This document shows, piece by piece, positions 39,516-52,629 of a DNA stretch of 64,000 nt. The stretch's first letter is position 1. Every line of letters starts with the position of its first letter. Origin of the DNA: Amoebidium appalachense (lineage: Eukaryota; Protista; Ichthyosporea); assembly GCA_963693365.1 (NCBI GenBank), contig CAVNZM010000009.1, positions 5,400,245 to 5,464,244 on the forward strand, read 5' to 3'. The notes beneath the pieces are model-generated. The model made no database searches. It was given only the letters and a program-made list of their open reading frames with translations, and was not told where the DNA came from. The position numbers and the translations under genes are program-made.

Positions 39516-40560
39516 CCCCCCTCCGTCCTATCAAGAACAGAGGGAAACAATATTTTTTGCTACTTCTTTTGCTCTTTTTCATTACTTCCACACGAACGTG
39601 TTTGGATTTCTGTTTTCTCCACGGTATGCACCCCCTTGAAATCTTTGAGATATCTTCTTCCCATTTCGGGTTTTCAAGTTGTTTGTGTACACCAACACCG
39701 ATTATCTGAGCTGCAGGGAAAAAGCCAGGAGAGCATATCAAACTAATAGCTTAAAAGTTGCCTCTCTACCTCTTTCCCTCTGCTAAACCCTGGCATCAAG
39801 TTCGTTTACAAGAAGTGGTGCATGCTTGAAAACGGGTTTCCAAACCCTCCTACACCAAGAGACCCGGCATAATATAGACTTTAGGGGAAAGCATCTGTGG
39901 TTAATTTTCAACATCGCCCAACGGAAAAATTTACCTTTTCCCCTCCAGCTCAAGCATCTCCTTGAGCCCCTGCTCTCTTACTTTTTCCAATTCCACCCGC
40001 TCACGAGCCAGCTTCAGATCCCAATCGTGTTTTTCCGTGGCCATTTTCTCCTCCTGCTTTCTAGCGCCAGCCTTTTCCCCTCTAACTCAGCTCGCTCTCG
40101 CTCTATCTCTTCCCTCTCTCGGTCTAGCTCTGTTCTCACTCTCTTGAGCTTAGCCATCTCTCCCTCCAGCTGAAGATCTTCTTTTTCTTTCGCGTCCGCA
40201 ACATCTCCCTTCTTTGCAGCTAGTCCTCCAATCTCTTTCTCCATTTCTTCCCACTCCCCATCTCTTCCCCTCGCAAGTGCATGATCCTTCTGCTTTGAGC
40301 TTGCTGGCTCGTCTTCGCCACCGGCCACCAGAGAGGAGGGGCTCTTGGAAGGCGCACTGCACTCTCCATACTGAACTGGCACTCTCTTCGCCTATAAACA
40401 CAAGAAAAAGCTGATAGTATTTGAGCTTTTACGTATATACAGCAGCAGAACTACGAAGACCACACATTGGTTTTGCCAGTTGCTTTGTTGTTGTTAGCTT
40501 CTGCGGCAGCCCGCCGAGGCAGCAAAACTCCAGGAGGTGGCCTCGGTGGCTCAGGAGGGG
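33151..40560 (-). CDS. Unknown multi-exon protein with an N-terminal Glu/Arg coiled coil (copy B); 5' part damaged, possibly a pseudogene
   Basis: Spliceable exons at ~40390-39935 (coiled coil), 38453-38278, ~37400-37340, ~36993-36930, 36292-36045 (VQDYRLIHPWSNCSDQELQDLKKFFVDAASHLLYQG...), ~35640-35500, ~35235-34980 (VVQERLKIVNLATREANMTELFVPADPLLLD...), ~33800-33735 and a probable last exon ending at 33151. There is a 1-bp deletion at 40058-40060 relative to copy A. Confidence 0.55.
33335..33582. mobile_element. Tc1/mariner(pogo)-type MITE, copy 1
   Basis: Perfect TIR CAGATACCGTCCGCGAATAA, TA on both sides, internal AAGATTTCGCCCCC(C)GG repeats. Confidence 0.85.
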
Positions 40561-40578
40561 GTAACAGTTATCAGAATA

Positions 40579-40620
40579 TTTCCCGCCAAAAATCTCGTAG
40601 TGTGTTTTGATTGGCTGAAC
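40579..40620. promoter_or_regulatory. E2F-type site (TTTCCCGCCAAA) + inverted CCAAT box
   Basis: Exact motif at 40579-40590 and GATTGG near 40610. Both are conserved in the duplicate at 44360. Confidence 0.55.
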
Positions 40621-41400
40621 CTAACCAGCCGCGGAAGAAGATTATCAAGATGCTAGTCAGTCACGTACGTACATATCATACAGAGGATCATACTAATATT
40701 ACTACTGTACTCTGAGTGCTGTGCAAGGCCTCCCCTTGGTGCTGTGACATTGCTGTCTCCCTGCGGCCCTCTAACATACCGTAGGGCCTTGTATGTTGCC
40801 ACAGGTGACATATGATACAAGATACATTAGTGTTACGTACACTCCCAAAACGTAAAGTTTAATTGAGGCCAACTAATAGAAGACCTTGCTCACCTGAAAC
40901 TCAGGCTATATGTCGTAAGGTCATACTCCTCCCCCTCCGCCGGCCGGGGCCCCTGTCCCTACCCCCCCCCCCCCCCCTCCCCTCCCCCCGCCCTCCCCCC
41001 TCCCCCCACCCCCACCCCCCATCTAGCACTCGTCTCTAGTTGCCCCACCGCGTGCGCACACGCACGCACACACTTTCACACGTATTTTATTCAGGCGTAC
41101 CAGCACACGCATGTACCACACACGCACACGACCAGCGATGAGCACCCGACGTGGACATGCTGAAAGACTCACCCACACCACACACACACACATACCTTTC
41201 TCACCACACAGAAACGTACACGAACACTGCACAGTGAGAACGATAGTGAGAACGATAGCCTTGCACCCAATAATAATTCATAATTTAGAACTAGTTGACC
41301 CTTGCATGTGTGTATGTGTGTTTGTTCGTTTGTGTGTGCGTGTGTGCGTGCGTGCACCTCCATAGAAAAACCCATGTGCATGGAGTCCATGTACACATAT

Positions 41401-41455
<55 letters not shown>

Positions 41456-41760
41456 CATGCATCATCAGCACAAACACATGCCAGGCAGCCCAAAAAACAT
41501 GCATGCACATGATAATACACGTGCACACACAGGCAAACACATGCCAGGCAACCCAAAAAGCATGCATGCACATGACAATACACGTGCACACACAGGCAAA
41601 CACATGCCAGGCAACCCAAAAAACATGCAACATACATGATAATACACGTGCACACACAGGCACCACCACCCACACATGCACTTGCACAGACACAAACACA
41701 CGCAGACACACACAGACACACACGCACGCACAGGCATATACATAGGAGCCAAAAAATACC

Positions 41761-42972
41761 TCCTTCTTCTTCTTGTAGAACCTTTCTGACTCTGGGTATG
41801 CAGCCAAAGCCCTTTCCAGGTCGTCCTCGCTGAGGGGCTGTGTTATGTCGATATCCTCCGTGTCACCTGCAGGAATGGGCTCTGGGTGGATGGCGGCCTG
41901 CAAACCCATGTGTGAATGTCAGTCATTGCTTGTCTGTGTTACGAGCAGAGAGAGGGGAACACCCACTTCTGTGCCCACAACTTGGTTACCTGTGCAAATG
42001 TCTTCATTCTTGGTCATATACATTAGGGTATTTGATACCTTAGATACCTCCCCTCCTCACAAACAATCACTGTAAAAGCCCCCCCACCCCCACCCCCCAA
42101 ACACACACACACACCACCACCACCTTGGAGCCAACTTCCTGGTGTCCACACAAAATTTTGCAGTCCTACTCCCTACACCAACTCCCCAAAATTCCCTCCA
42201 TTTTGCTCTCCCCCTCCCTTTCCCTCACTCTTCTCCCTCCCCCCTCCCTGACTCTCTCCCTTGGCCTCTCTCCCTCTATCTCACTGTCTTCTCCCCCCCC
42301 CCCCCCCCCCAAAAAAAAAAAAAAAAAAAAAAAAAAAACCCTGCAGAGCACACACGTACACATTCACACTTGAGAGACCATTTACAGCAGGTCAACAAAG
42401 TCACCCACCCACCTGCCCACACCAACAGTCACACCTGCAACCACACCGACTCACATCCACCACACACCTCCACCTCGATTCCTACCCACGTCCCCCCGGG
42501 GCCCCCACCCCCACCTACAACCTGGCATCCATTCCCATCCCTGCAGCCATCCAGTTATCCTTATCCTCACGACCATTTATAGCTGCCTTATGCCCACAGC
42601 CACTTACGACCACACACCCCCACCACCACCACCCCCAACCGAGTGCAGCAACAGACCTCCTCTGCTGCAGCCTCCTTGCCTTTGTCCTCACGTTGCTGGT
42701 CGGTTGGTACTGCACTTGTTGCATCTTTGCTGTTGCACACAGACGGCTCGCTTGTGTTTGGGTCGGGGGTCACGGCACCGGCCTGGCTGGCGGTGGTAAC
42801 GGGGTCAGTGTTTGCAGTGGTAGCAGCAGCCCTGTGAGGGAGAGTCTTGCGTCAGGTCGGATTGTCTGGGCAGCATTTCAGTGCCTCCACCATCGTATAA
42901 TGAAACTACAACATGGAAGTGTGGTCTGAAACTTTGGGAAGCAGGCCCCCCCCCCCCCCCCCCCCAAGCCAG

Positions 42973-43010
<38 letters not shown>

Positions 43011-44311
43011 CCCTTCCTGCTCGGCCACCCACTCAATGTAAACCTTCTCCCGCACCACCAAAAGATGCAGACAAATATTCGAGGAGGGAACCCGAATCTA
43101 CAAAATGAACTTATGGCCGCCCAGTTTTGGGGAAAAAACGGGAAACCAAAGTGGCCATCTTTTTTTTTTTTTTTCTTCTTTTGAGAACGAGAGGGGGGGG
43201 GGGGGGGGGGGGGGGCACAGAGGCAAATAATTATGCAGTGAGATCCCCTTCTGGGGCACCAAGAAAAGGAAAAAATATTATATTTTGCTCCTTCTTTTTC
43301 GTACTTTCAGGTTTTTTGTGTACATGTACACCAACACTAAATATTTGTGTAAGCACATGTACGTGCAGGAACATATCGAAAGCGAGAAACGAAAAAGCCT
43401 ATCAAACTAAGTGCTTTCAAAGTTGCCTGTTCAAGGGTTCCCTCTCCTGACAGAGATCCTGAGGATAACTAACCAAGTCTCGTTTACAAGATGTGGCTCA
43501 TGTTTAAGACAGGTCTACCAAAAGCCCTTACACCAAGAGACGAGTCACCCCTTCATAAACTAGTTATAAATGCTTGGGGAGAAGCTTCTTTGGTAACATT
43601 TTAAGATCGCCAACGGAATAAAGTACCTTTTTCCCCCCCCTCCAGCTCAAGCATCTTCTTGTGCACCTCCTCTCTTGCTCTTTCCCATTCCACGCGCGCA
43701 CGGGTCAGCTTCAGATCCCAGTCGTATTTTTCCGTGGCTACTTTCTCCTCCTGCTTTTCTAGTGCCAGCCTTTTCCCAACTAACTCCTCTCTTTCTCTCT
43801 CCATCTCTGCCCTTTCGCGATCAAGCTCTTCCCTCATTCTGTCAAGCCTGGCCCTCTCTCGGGCCAGATCTTCTTTTTCTTTCTCGTCGGCAAGTTCAAG
43901 TGCATGTTCTCCCTCCTGTACATGTGTAGCAAGACTTAGTTCTCGGAGCTCTTTCTCTAAACCACCCTCCTCCCTACCTCTACCCCTCGCAAGTGCTTGC
44001 ATTTTCTGCTTTGAGCTTGCTAGCTCGTCTTTGCAACCGGCCACCAGAGAGAAGAGACTCCCTGAAGGCGCACTGCTCTCTCCGCTCTCCATGCTGAACT
44101 GGTACCCTAGATCTCTTCGCCTGTAAACAAAAGAAAAGCTGATATTGCTTGAGCTTGTACGAATACACAGCAGAAGAACTAAAAACTTAGACCACACGTC
44201 GCTTTTGCCAGTTGCTTTGTTGTTGTTAGCTTCTGCGGTAGCCGAGGCAGGAAAACTCTGTGTGGTGAAATCGATATCGTGTCCTAGTGGCCGTGGCCCT
44301 GGCTCCTGCAT
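41761..44311 (-). pseudogene. Tandem paralog (copy A) of the coiled-coil gene, partial or frameshifted
   Basis: Exons ~44311-44198, ~44121-43627, 42833-42657 and 41897-41761. Exons and intron blocks align with 37400-40620. A 7-bp GGAGAG(C/A) duplication near 44080 shifts the frame relative to copy B. The downstream exons seen in copy B are absent. Confidence 0.55.
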
Positions 44312-44359
44312 ACAGTCACCTGGGTGAGGGACTGAGGGTGAAGTTTATTTATCAAGAAA

Positions 44360-44405
44360 TTTCCCGCCAAAAATCCCATTATGTATTTTGATTGGTTGAG
44401 CAATA
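44360..44405. promoter_or_regulatory. E2F-type site + CCAAT box in the divergent promoter between copy A and the BTB gene
   Basis: TTTCCCGCCAAA at 44360-44371 and GATTGG near 44390. Confidence 0.55.
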
Positions 44406-44954
44406 GGAGCCGCGCATAAGATGCCCGGCCACGGATCATCGGATGACTCGTTTCAACCTTCCAAAGTGGGAACGATTTTTGTTTCTGTCACTTCTAGGCT
44501 GAGTGGGAGTGAAATTTGGGGGCCTGGAAGTACTGTGGAAGCGTGCGGTTGGGGTAAACACGTGCCCACAAGAGCTAAACTGCGCTTTCGCGACGCCTGC
44601 ACAACATCTAACTAAAAGTCTCACTTCTTCTCCTCTTTCGCCCATCTTGCTACTTCGTGTTGTTTACGATTGCCTTTACTCGCATCCCCCCGCAGTTTAC
44701 ATCAGGTCTTCCCCCCCCTCCCCCCCTCCCCCTCCCTCCCCCCTCCCCCCCCCCCCCTCCCCCCCAGCCAGTCCCTTTTTTTTGACGCCTTTTTCTACAC
44801 AGCCGCTTTTGGGATCTTCCTGGAACCCCTCGGTAGACACATAGACGGCGTGAAGCACACCAGTTTGAGGGTGCTGCGCGAAGCTCGTGCCCAACGCCCT
44901 TCTACCCACCCTTCTCCCTTTCCCACCACCTGCCTCCAAGAGCACAACACCGCC

Positions 44955-47062
44955 ATGCCTCTTATTGACCTTGTGACCACCACGGAGGCGCTGGGCGCCC
45001 AGAATGCGCAGCTGCACGTGCGCCTGCTGGAGGCTGCCTGCGAGCTGTGTGCACGGGAGGCGGTTCTGCAGAGGGACGGCAGCCGCCTGCACGCAGAAAG
45101 GTCGTTACCTGCCTCACCCCTCCTCCCTCCCCCTCCCCCCTCCCCCCCAAGAAAAAAAAAACAAAAAAAAAAAACCCCCCAACCTACCCATCCACCGACC
45201 TCTAGCCCATCCTCCGTTCGCCTCCACCCCTTGTGGTGCCTTTCTTTCCTGTCAACACACAAACACACACACACTCTGACTCTCCCTCTCTTTATCCCCC
45301 TTCCCTCCCTCCCTCCCACTCTAGATCTTCCTCTTTCTCGCTCCCTCTCTCTCTCCTCTCTCTCTCTCATGCTCCTTTCTCTCTCTCTCTCTCCCCCTTC
45401 CCCCGTCCTCTCCTCCCCTCTCCTTTCTTCCCTCCGGATCCCTCCCCTTGTCTCTGTCTATCCCCTTGAACCGTCTGTCCCCCCCTCCTCCCCCCCCTCC
45501 CCTCCCCCCCCCCCTCCTGCTCCCTTCCCGAACCTTCCTCTGCTTTTTTATTCTGTTTTTGGGGGTTGGGGGGAACTACGAAAGCTGATAGTCAATTTCG
45601 GGTTTGCAGGGAGCAGTTCCAGGCCGAGTGCGAGTCGGTGCGGCAACTCACCGAGCAGGCCAGTGACGTCATAGTGCTGGACGTGGGCGGCCGCCGCTTT
45701 TCCACCACCCGCCACACGCTGTGTGCCGTGCCCGGGTCCATGCTGGCTGCCTGGTTCAGCGGCCACCACACCATCCAGACCCCGCCCGACGGATTGGTGT
45801 TTGTCGACCGCTCACCCCTCCTGTTTGAATATGTGCTCGACTATCTGCGCACGGGCGGTGACCACCCCTTGCTGCCGGCAGACGAAAACGCCAAAGAGCG
45901 GCTACGTGACGAGTTTCGGTTTTACGGCCTGCCCTGGGCTGTGGAGTCGGTTGAGGCCTCTGCACTGGGTTTTTTTTGAAGCCAACGTACGAAGCGTGAC
46001 GCTAGAGCACAAGATTAAACACGAGAATACTCGGCTACACGTGGGCATGGACTGATTACTGACCACTTGCAGGGCTGAGAGGTCTGAATACACGGCGATT
46101 TTGTGGGACACGACTTTTTACGTGGCAGAAACTTCACGACTGGCCCAAGCACGACGTGCAGCATGGCCGGATGATAGGACACATGAACATGCACAGGGAT
46201 GCTGGCGCTGGCCAAGTGGTTTTGGGATTCTACAGAGGTTACGGAGGCGATGCAAAGGCGGTCATATACAGCTGCCTCGACGGATCCCCGGTTCAAGAAA
46301 TAGCCATCGGTTTGGCAACGTCGGAGAACACGGTGGGGTATGGAGCCGTAGCTGACGGAGAGACTCTAATCGCAACCGTGAATCACAGGCATTTGTCTGC
46401 GTGGAGCGTAGAGTCAGGCACGTTGCTATGGGAGCGAGAGTTAGTAGATCTGCCTTCCCAGAGTCTAGATTTCTGCCTGAACTTATGCCGGAAGGCATTC
46501 GTGTATGTCACCGAAGGCATACTAAGATATGCTGTTGTGTGCGACCTAGCGACCGGTAGAGAGCTCTATAGATGCTCTACCAGTTTGAGTGGAATCGGTA
46601 GCGTGATGAGTCGGGACACAGTGCAGTGCAGGCTCGAAGGTAAGCAACTGTCTATGGTATCGATGATCTCGTACCGCCGCAGCGACCTGGCCAAGGAAAA
46701 GCTCGTTTCTTATGCGTCATGGGATGAGACTGGTGCTAGACTCACTGTGTACAATGAAATGGTGTGTGAGGTGACACTTGAATAGCCTGTGTGGTGATAT
46801 GTTTTCGACAATAACAGAAACTGACATTCTGATATATCTGCTTAGGTTTTCTACTCCAGGGGATGTAGCTGTGCGAGAGGGGATTGAGATTTGGTTGGGT
46901 GATGACCAACGTTGGTGGGAAATTGTAAAGGCAGTGAGTATAGGCCCAGGAGGAGTCATAGTCACCCTGGATGGTCATGGTGATGTCATGATATTCACCG
47001 TGGACTGTAAAGAAAGTGGGGCGGTGGGTTTGGAGGCTCCGTACATGATCAGTAGAAGATGA
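44955..47062 (+). pseudogene. KCTD-type BTB/POZ protein with a disrupted C-terminal beta-propeller (WD40/PQQ-like)
   Basis: Exon 44955-45100 joins 45610 onward: VIVLDVGGRRFSTTRHTLCAVPGSMLAAWFSG...VFVDRSPLLFEYVLDYLRTG...EFRFYGL. Then a T8-run frameshift (45970-45977), an in-frame TGA at 46053-46055, and further frame changes near 46200 and 46780. Fragments include TAILWDT, LSAWSVESGTLLWE and VVCDLATGRELY. Confidence 0.75.
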
Positions 47063-47893
47063 ATGTAAACTTGGTGTAAGCTGTTATTCAGATGTTCCAT
47101 TGACTCCGAGAGCTACTGCTCAGGTAGCTTAATTAATGCTATATCCAGTAGATTTTCGGCTGAAACTTATGGGGTTTTTTGTTTTATTTCTCATTAATTT
47201 TCAATGGTATATACTGTATGTGCTGTGCGCTGTTTGTGATCAACCTGCACTGTGTGCCTATGTACTTGGAGCCGGCTGGGAACCGGCGAACACTATCAAA
47301 TTTAAAACTGCCTTATAGATCTCACTATGTATGATTAATTTTAGTAATATAATCCGGCATCTGCAAGTTCAAATTGCTCTCAGAGTCCTTTAGCCCAAGC
47401 TCTGCCGACGATTCAGCATTTAGACAACTTCTTTAAAAAATGAGCCAAGTTGGTCTCTCTCATGACAATAACCATTACTATGCCTGCATACGGGGTTTAC
47501 TCTCCTTCGTGCCCCCCCCCCCCCGTGTCCTCCTCCTGAGGGAGACACGTACACACGAACCGGTACCACCACCACCCGCCCAACCACCCACCATCGTTGT
47601 TCATGCCCCCACTTCCGATGTCCAATTTCCTCCCAGCTCTCACGCCTATATATTGTGCTCCAGCATCGCCGACATCTCAGGAACCACACAAGCGACTCTT
47701 GGCAGTGGGCCCTGATTCACCCACTCCCCCCTCCCCCCTCCCCCCTCCATATCCCCCCCCCCCCCCCCCCCCCCCCTTTCAACTCGCTCACAAAAGCACA
47801 CAAAACACACATCGCGGAGACACCAACACACCCACCTACCCACACCCATACGTGGCACTTATGCACACACACTTATGCACATGCTCGCACACA

Positions 47894-48527
47894 GATCATC
47901 CTTAGCGACGTGGATGCAGCCCCGGATGTTACATACGACCTGGCCAGTTTCAGTGCGCTCCATGGGTGCCGGGAGCTGCGTCAACTGCGTTTCTACGAGC
48001 CTAATGGCAGGCTCGTGTGGCTGCCCGGGCACCACAGCATCGGCAGACTGGACCTGGACGTGCTGCAGCTGGACGACGTGGTGGTGGGCCAGCTGCCCAC
48101 CATGACCTCGCTGGAGAGCCTCAGCATCTACGCCGAGTGACCCACCTACGGCTACCCCGTCCTGGAAACACTGACCCGCCTGATTGAACTGGCCTTGATG
48201 GGCAAGAACATGCCAAGTTTTCCCAGCCAGTACGCATTTTGCCTCATGCTCCAGGTAGATTGGTCTCCCTCTCCCCCCCCCCCCCCCCCCCTCCCCTCCT
48301 CTCCCCCCCCCCCCCCATACAACACACACACACACACACACTCTTTCCCTCCCTCACTCACTCACCGTGGCTCACTCACTATCCTTTTGTTAGCCCTACC
48401 CCTCTCTCCATGTGTATGCAAGGTGGTTGCTGCAGGAATTCTAATTAGGTGCATGTGCTCTATGACGTGTTTTTGTGCTTTTGGGCCCGTTTTCATCACC
48501 CGGCTTGAGTGTTATTCTGACTTCCCC

Positions 48528-48558
<31 letters not shown>

Positions 48559-49730
48559 AACAAAAACAAAAAAAAACAACAGCCTTTCTAGGGTAGGGAG
48601 GTGAGGTGCGCTAGTGAACAATCCTGTCCTGCTTGGTGCTAGGCAATGGGGAGCAGGGGGTACCATAGAAAGGCAAAACTGTTGGAACATCACAACCACA
48701 TAGACCCTGCACACGTGCAGTTGCCGTATATGCATCAGTGTCAGCGCGTAGTGAAGGAGAAAGAGCGAGAGAGATAAGAGACACAGAGTTAGGGAGGAAT
48801 AAACAACTTGTGAGTGCTTGCCGAGTGCGAGGAATGTGCGCAGGGTGAGGGGGTGAGCGTGTGTGTGTGAGTGAGTGAGTGAACAAGTGAGTGAGTAAGC
48901 GAGCAAGTGATTGAGTGAGTGAGCGAGTGAGTGTGTTATGTTGTTAGGCTAATTTTTTTGTTAAGGGGGGAAGGGGAGGGGGGGGGGGGGGGAGGGGGAG
49001 GGGGGGGAGGGGGGGGGGGGGGGGTAACAACCAGTTCGAAGTAAGCTTCTCTCATGTTCTCAAGGCTCTTCTTGATGTCCTTGTCGATGGCAGGTGCCTG
49101 CCGCCAGTAATTGTGTCAGTGATGCATCATCACGGTGCTACACAGGTACATGAAAGCAGCTTATGCCTCAACCAGCCTCCCCTGATACCACCCCAGCCCC
49201 GCCCTACCCCACCCACACCCCACCCCCCCTTCTACACACAGGGCGTGTGGGAAGCTGGAGTGGCTGGCTGTGAGCTCCATGCAGGTGCACAACATGGGCC
49301 CCCTGGCCCTGGCCCCACCAGAAAACTGGAATGGCCTGACAGAGATGGTGCTGCCCGGGGCGTACACTCCGGGCGTGGGTGCACGCTCGGTGGAGCCTTA
49401 TAACCCTGCACATCACATCCACCCGGCAGCCTTCCTGGCCAACTGCAAGAACCTGGCCAAGCTGTGCTTCTTGGGCCGGGCCACGTCATCCAGGCTGTTT
49501 GAGGATCTGCCGGTCATCCCCAGCGTGACCATGCTGATCATGACCGTGGAGGGCTACTACGGCCACACCCTGGAAGACATCTGCGCCAAGTTTCCCAGCC
49601 TGCAGGAACTCCACCTGCACGTTTACCGCACCGCAGACGGCCATGTGTTTCTGCACTCCATTCAGTCCTTCTCGGAGCTGCCCAAGGCCCGCTACCTGTG
49701 CTTGATTGGCCCCCGTGAAGATGAAATCGA
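47894..49730 (+). pseudogene. Leucine-rich-repeat (RNI/F-box-LRR-like) gene fragment with an in-frame TGA
   Basis: Exon from ~47894 (LHGCRELRQLRF...LPTMTSLESLSIYAE*PTYGYPVLETLTRLIELAL...CA|gtacgc), TGA at 48138-48140. Exon from ~49242 (CGKLEWLAV...CKNLAKLCF...FPSLQELHL). LxxLxL repeats continue on both sides of the stop. Confidence 0.65.
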
Positions 49731-50869
49731 TTTAAGTTGCACATCCGTCTGCCTTGTACCCATGCACCTGATTTTGTGTTTAAAGCCCCCGGTGTGGATG
49801 GTAGTGCAGGTCAGGATGTACGTGCTGTGCTCGCGTGCTTCTATTCTTCTTTATCTGATATATCGATACCGTGTGGTGTATGAAGTGGTTGCTGCTTGTG
49901 TGTTAGTCCAAACCAGGGGTTATATGCACCGTGTTGCAATTGGTGAAATGGTCGTGCCCGGCAAGCAGCCTGCGTGGCTGATAACTCGGAGTCCCGCAGG
50001 ACCTTAAGGAGGCGCTGGCACACGGCAAGCAGACCCATGACAGCTTCGACATCCACTGCGTACGGGCCTAAAACACACCACAAGGCTGGCAGCAAATGGG
50101 TGCATATGAATCGGGTAGCTGGTACCACAAGTGACTATTAGTAGAGCAAGGTGTGGTTGTGAAGGGCCCGCATGAGCGTGGGTGAGGTGTGTACAGACAT
50201 GATGATGTGTGCCCTGTATGGCGAGGGTAAGGAGACGAGTGAATGGCCATGCTGCATTGTTGTTGCCCACATATGCCATGTTCTGGTGTATAGACGATAT
50301 TGCATGAGCTGTATTATCCTTGGATGGTGTCCACACTGATGTCTTCTATCTGATTGATTGCTATCTTAAATACTGATCCACACCAGATGTGTTTGACCGA
50401 CATTTTGATGGTTTGTCCTTCTTTCACAATTTCCACGCTGATGTCTTTTTAAATTACTGGTTTATCTTACCACGTACACACCGATGTCTTTTATCTGTTT
50501 TATTGCTGCTCCAAACAATAACCACAACAACGTCTGTTATATCTGGTTTATTGCTGCTGTTTGGCAACGGCACCCTGATGATATAGTCTTTCATCTGATT
50601 TGTTAAGGTTTGTGCCGTAAACAATATCCACACCGATCTCTTTCATCGACATTTTATGAAACTTTGTAAATGTTCTCCTTTACCCAATTTTCACGACGAT
50701 ACTAAGTTATTTTCACAACGATACTAAGTTTTATTCTGTATCTTTATGGTTCAACGGTCCTGTTTTGCAAATCTTCGACGCCGAGGTGTTTGATCTGTTT
50801 TCTCTGCTGTGTGAGTTTTGGTCTAAGTAACCTCTGTGTTGCATTTTGGTGTGAAAAGATATATATGCA

Positions 50870-51096
50870 CAGATACCGTCCCCGAATAAGAACCCCCGCC
50901 AATAAGATTTCGCCCCCGGCAAAATCGGTTTTTTTTTTAGATTCTGCCTCCCGGCAAGTTTTCGGGGTGATCTTAATGACGGACGGATGAATAGATCATA
51001 CTGGATGGTAAGATTCTGACCCCGACCCTCCAAAAAAAATTAAGATTCCGCCCCCCGGCCACATTTTGGGGGGTTTCTTATTCGCGGACGGATTTG
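50870..51096. mobile_element. Tc1/mariner(pogo)-type MITE, copy 2 (diverged)
   Basis: Colinear with 33335-33582. TIRs carry a few substitutions. TA on the right, CA on the left. Confidence 0.8.
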
Positions 51097-51597
51097 TACT
51101 TCAGAACTTACATATCGTTTCCATGCCACCGTTGTCCCACACATGTGGCACCGGGTGACCTGCCCAGTGTTCGAATATTCTTGTAAATGTCAACGGTTTG
51201 GCTCTCAATGTACAGTACGGCGGGATATGCAATGAATACATTGAACTGCAATACTCTCAAGATGATGCCGGGCCATTGAGCCCCCCCCCCCCCCTCCCCC
51301 CCCCCCCCCCCCCCCCCCCCCCTCCCCCCCCCCCCCCCACCAACCAACCACCACCACCACCACCACCACCACCACCACCACCACCAATTCAATGCGGCGG
51401 CATCCACCCACCCACTCTTATAATATATGGCCACTTAAATGAATGAGAATGGAACTTCGGTGTGTTTATAATGATTGTTCAAACTTTTCGAGTAGGGCGG
51501 CAGGTGTGCGCGTGTGTTTGTGTGTACCGTGAGATGTGTGCTTGTGTGTGTGGTGGTGGTCTCGGCCCCGGCGGGCGGGGCGGGGCGGGCGGGCCGG

Positions 51598-51634
<37 letters not shown>

Positions 51635-52629
51635 ATTCAGCAAGGCTTAGCAGTCCAACACTTCTCCGTGTGTACGTATATTCGAATGTATTGGCATGAT
51701 GGGCACCACACAGCCACCACAGCTGGTTTTATTTGATTGGCTGCATGCATCCATGGCACACGGCATGGCCACCCTGCCTGGGTGTGGCCCACATGCACAC
51801 AAACAGGCCTAATAATGGCCACCATACATGCCCACTGACTACATCCAATCTAATATTATCTACGCCCACACATTGATACGTCACGTGTACAGCCACACAG
51901 GCATGTAGGGGGTTACGACCAATCTACGCCCACAAAATACTTACAGCTACACAAGCACATACTATGATTACATTCAATCTACGCAAACACATGGTCAAAT
52001 TGAATACCATTCGATTTATTTAACTACAGCCCACACAGTATACAACTACCAACACATGTTCTGCAGGTTACATTCGATCTACACCCACAATTGATACAAC
52101 ACAGCCATTCGATAATCCATTCACACATCACACTTCGACTATGTAGAACAAGTAAACACTGTGACCATCCCCCCACGCGCCCAGGTCAGCGCATGGTAAA
52201 CAGGGAAACTAGAGGTTGGCGCATGCCGGCACGAGTCCTGGCACCCGTTCACATGGCTGGTACACCCAGCATGATGGTCGGTTGGCTTCAAGGGCCAAAG
52301 CCTCCAACGTCTGCATAGTGAGTGAGTGTGTGTGTGTGTGTGTGTGAGTGAGTGTGTGAGTGTGTGAGTGTGTGTGAGTGTTTGGTGTGTGTGTGTGTGT
52401 GTGGGCGCTGTGCATGCATGGCCCCGACGCAAGGAAGGGAAGGTCAGACACAAAGAAGAAGTCAGACGCAGACTGCCAGTGACCGGCTAAGCCACCTCAC
52501 ATCGATGGCCAACTAGTATTTGTTACCATCTGTCTAGTGCTTGTGTTACGGGAAAGAAAAAAAAAGCACACCATACACTGCAATTGTGTTCTGCATGAAA
52601 TGAAGCCCGGTGCATGTGTGCCCGTGTGC

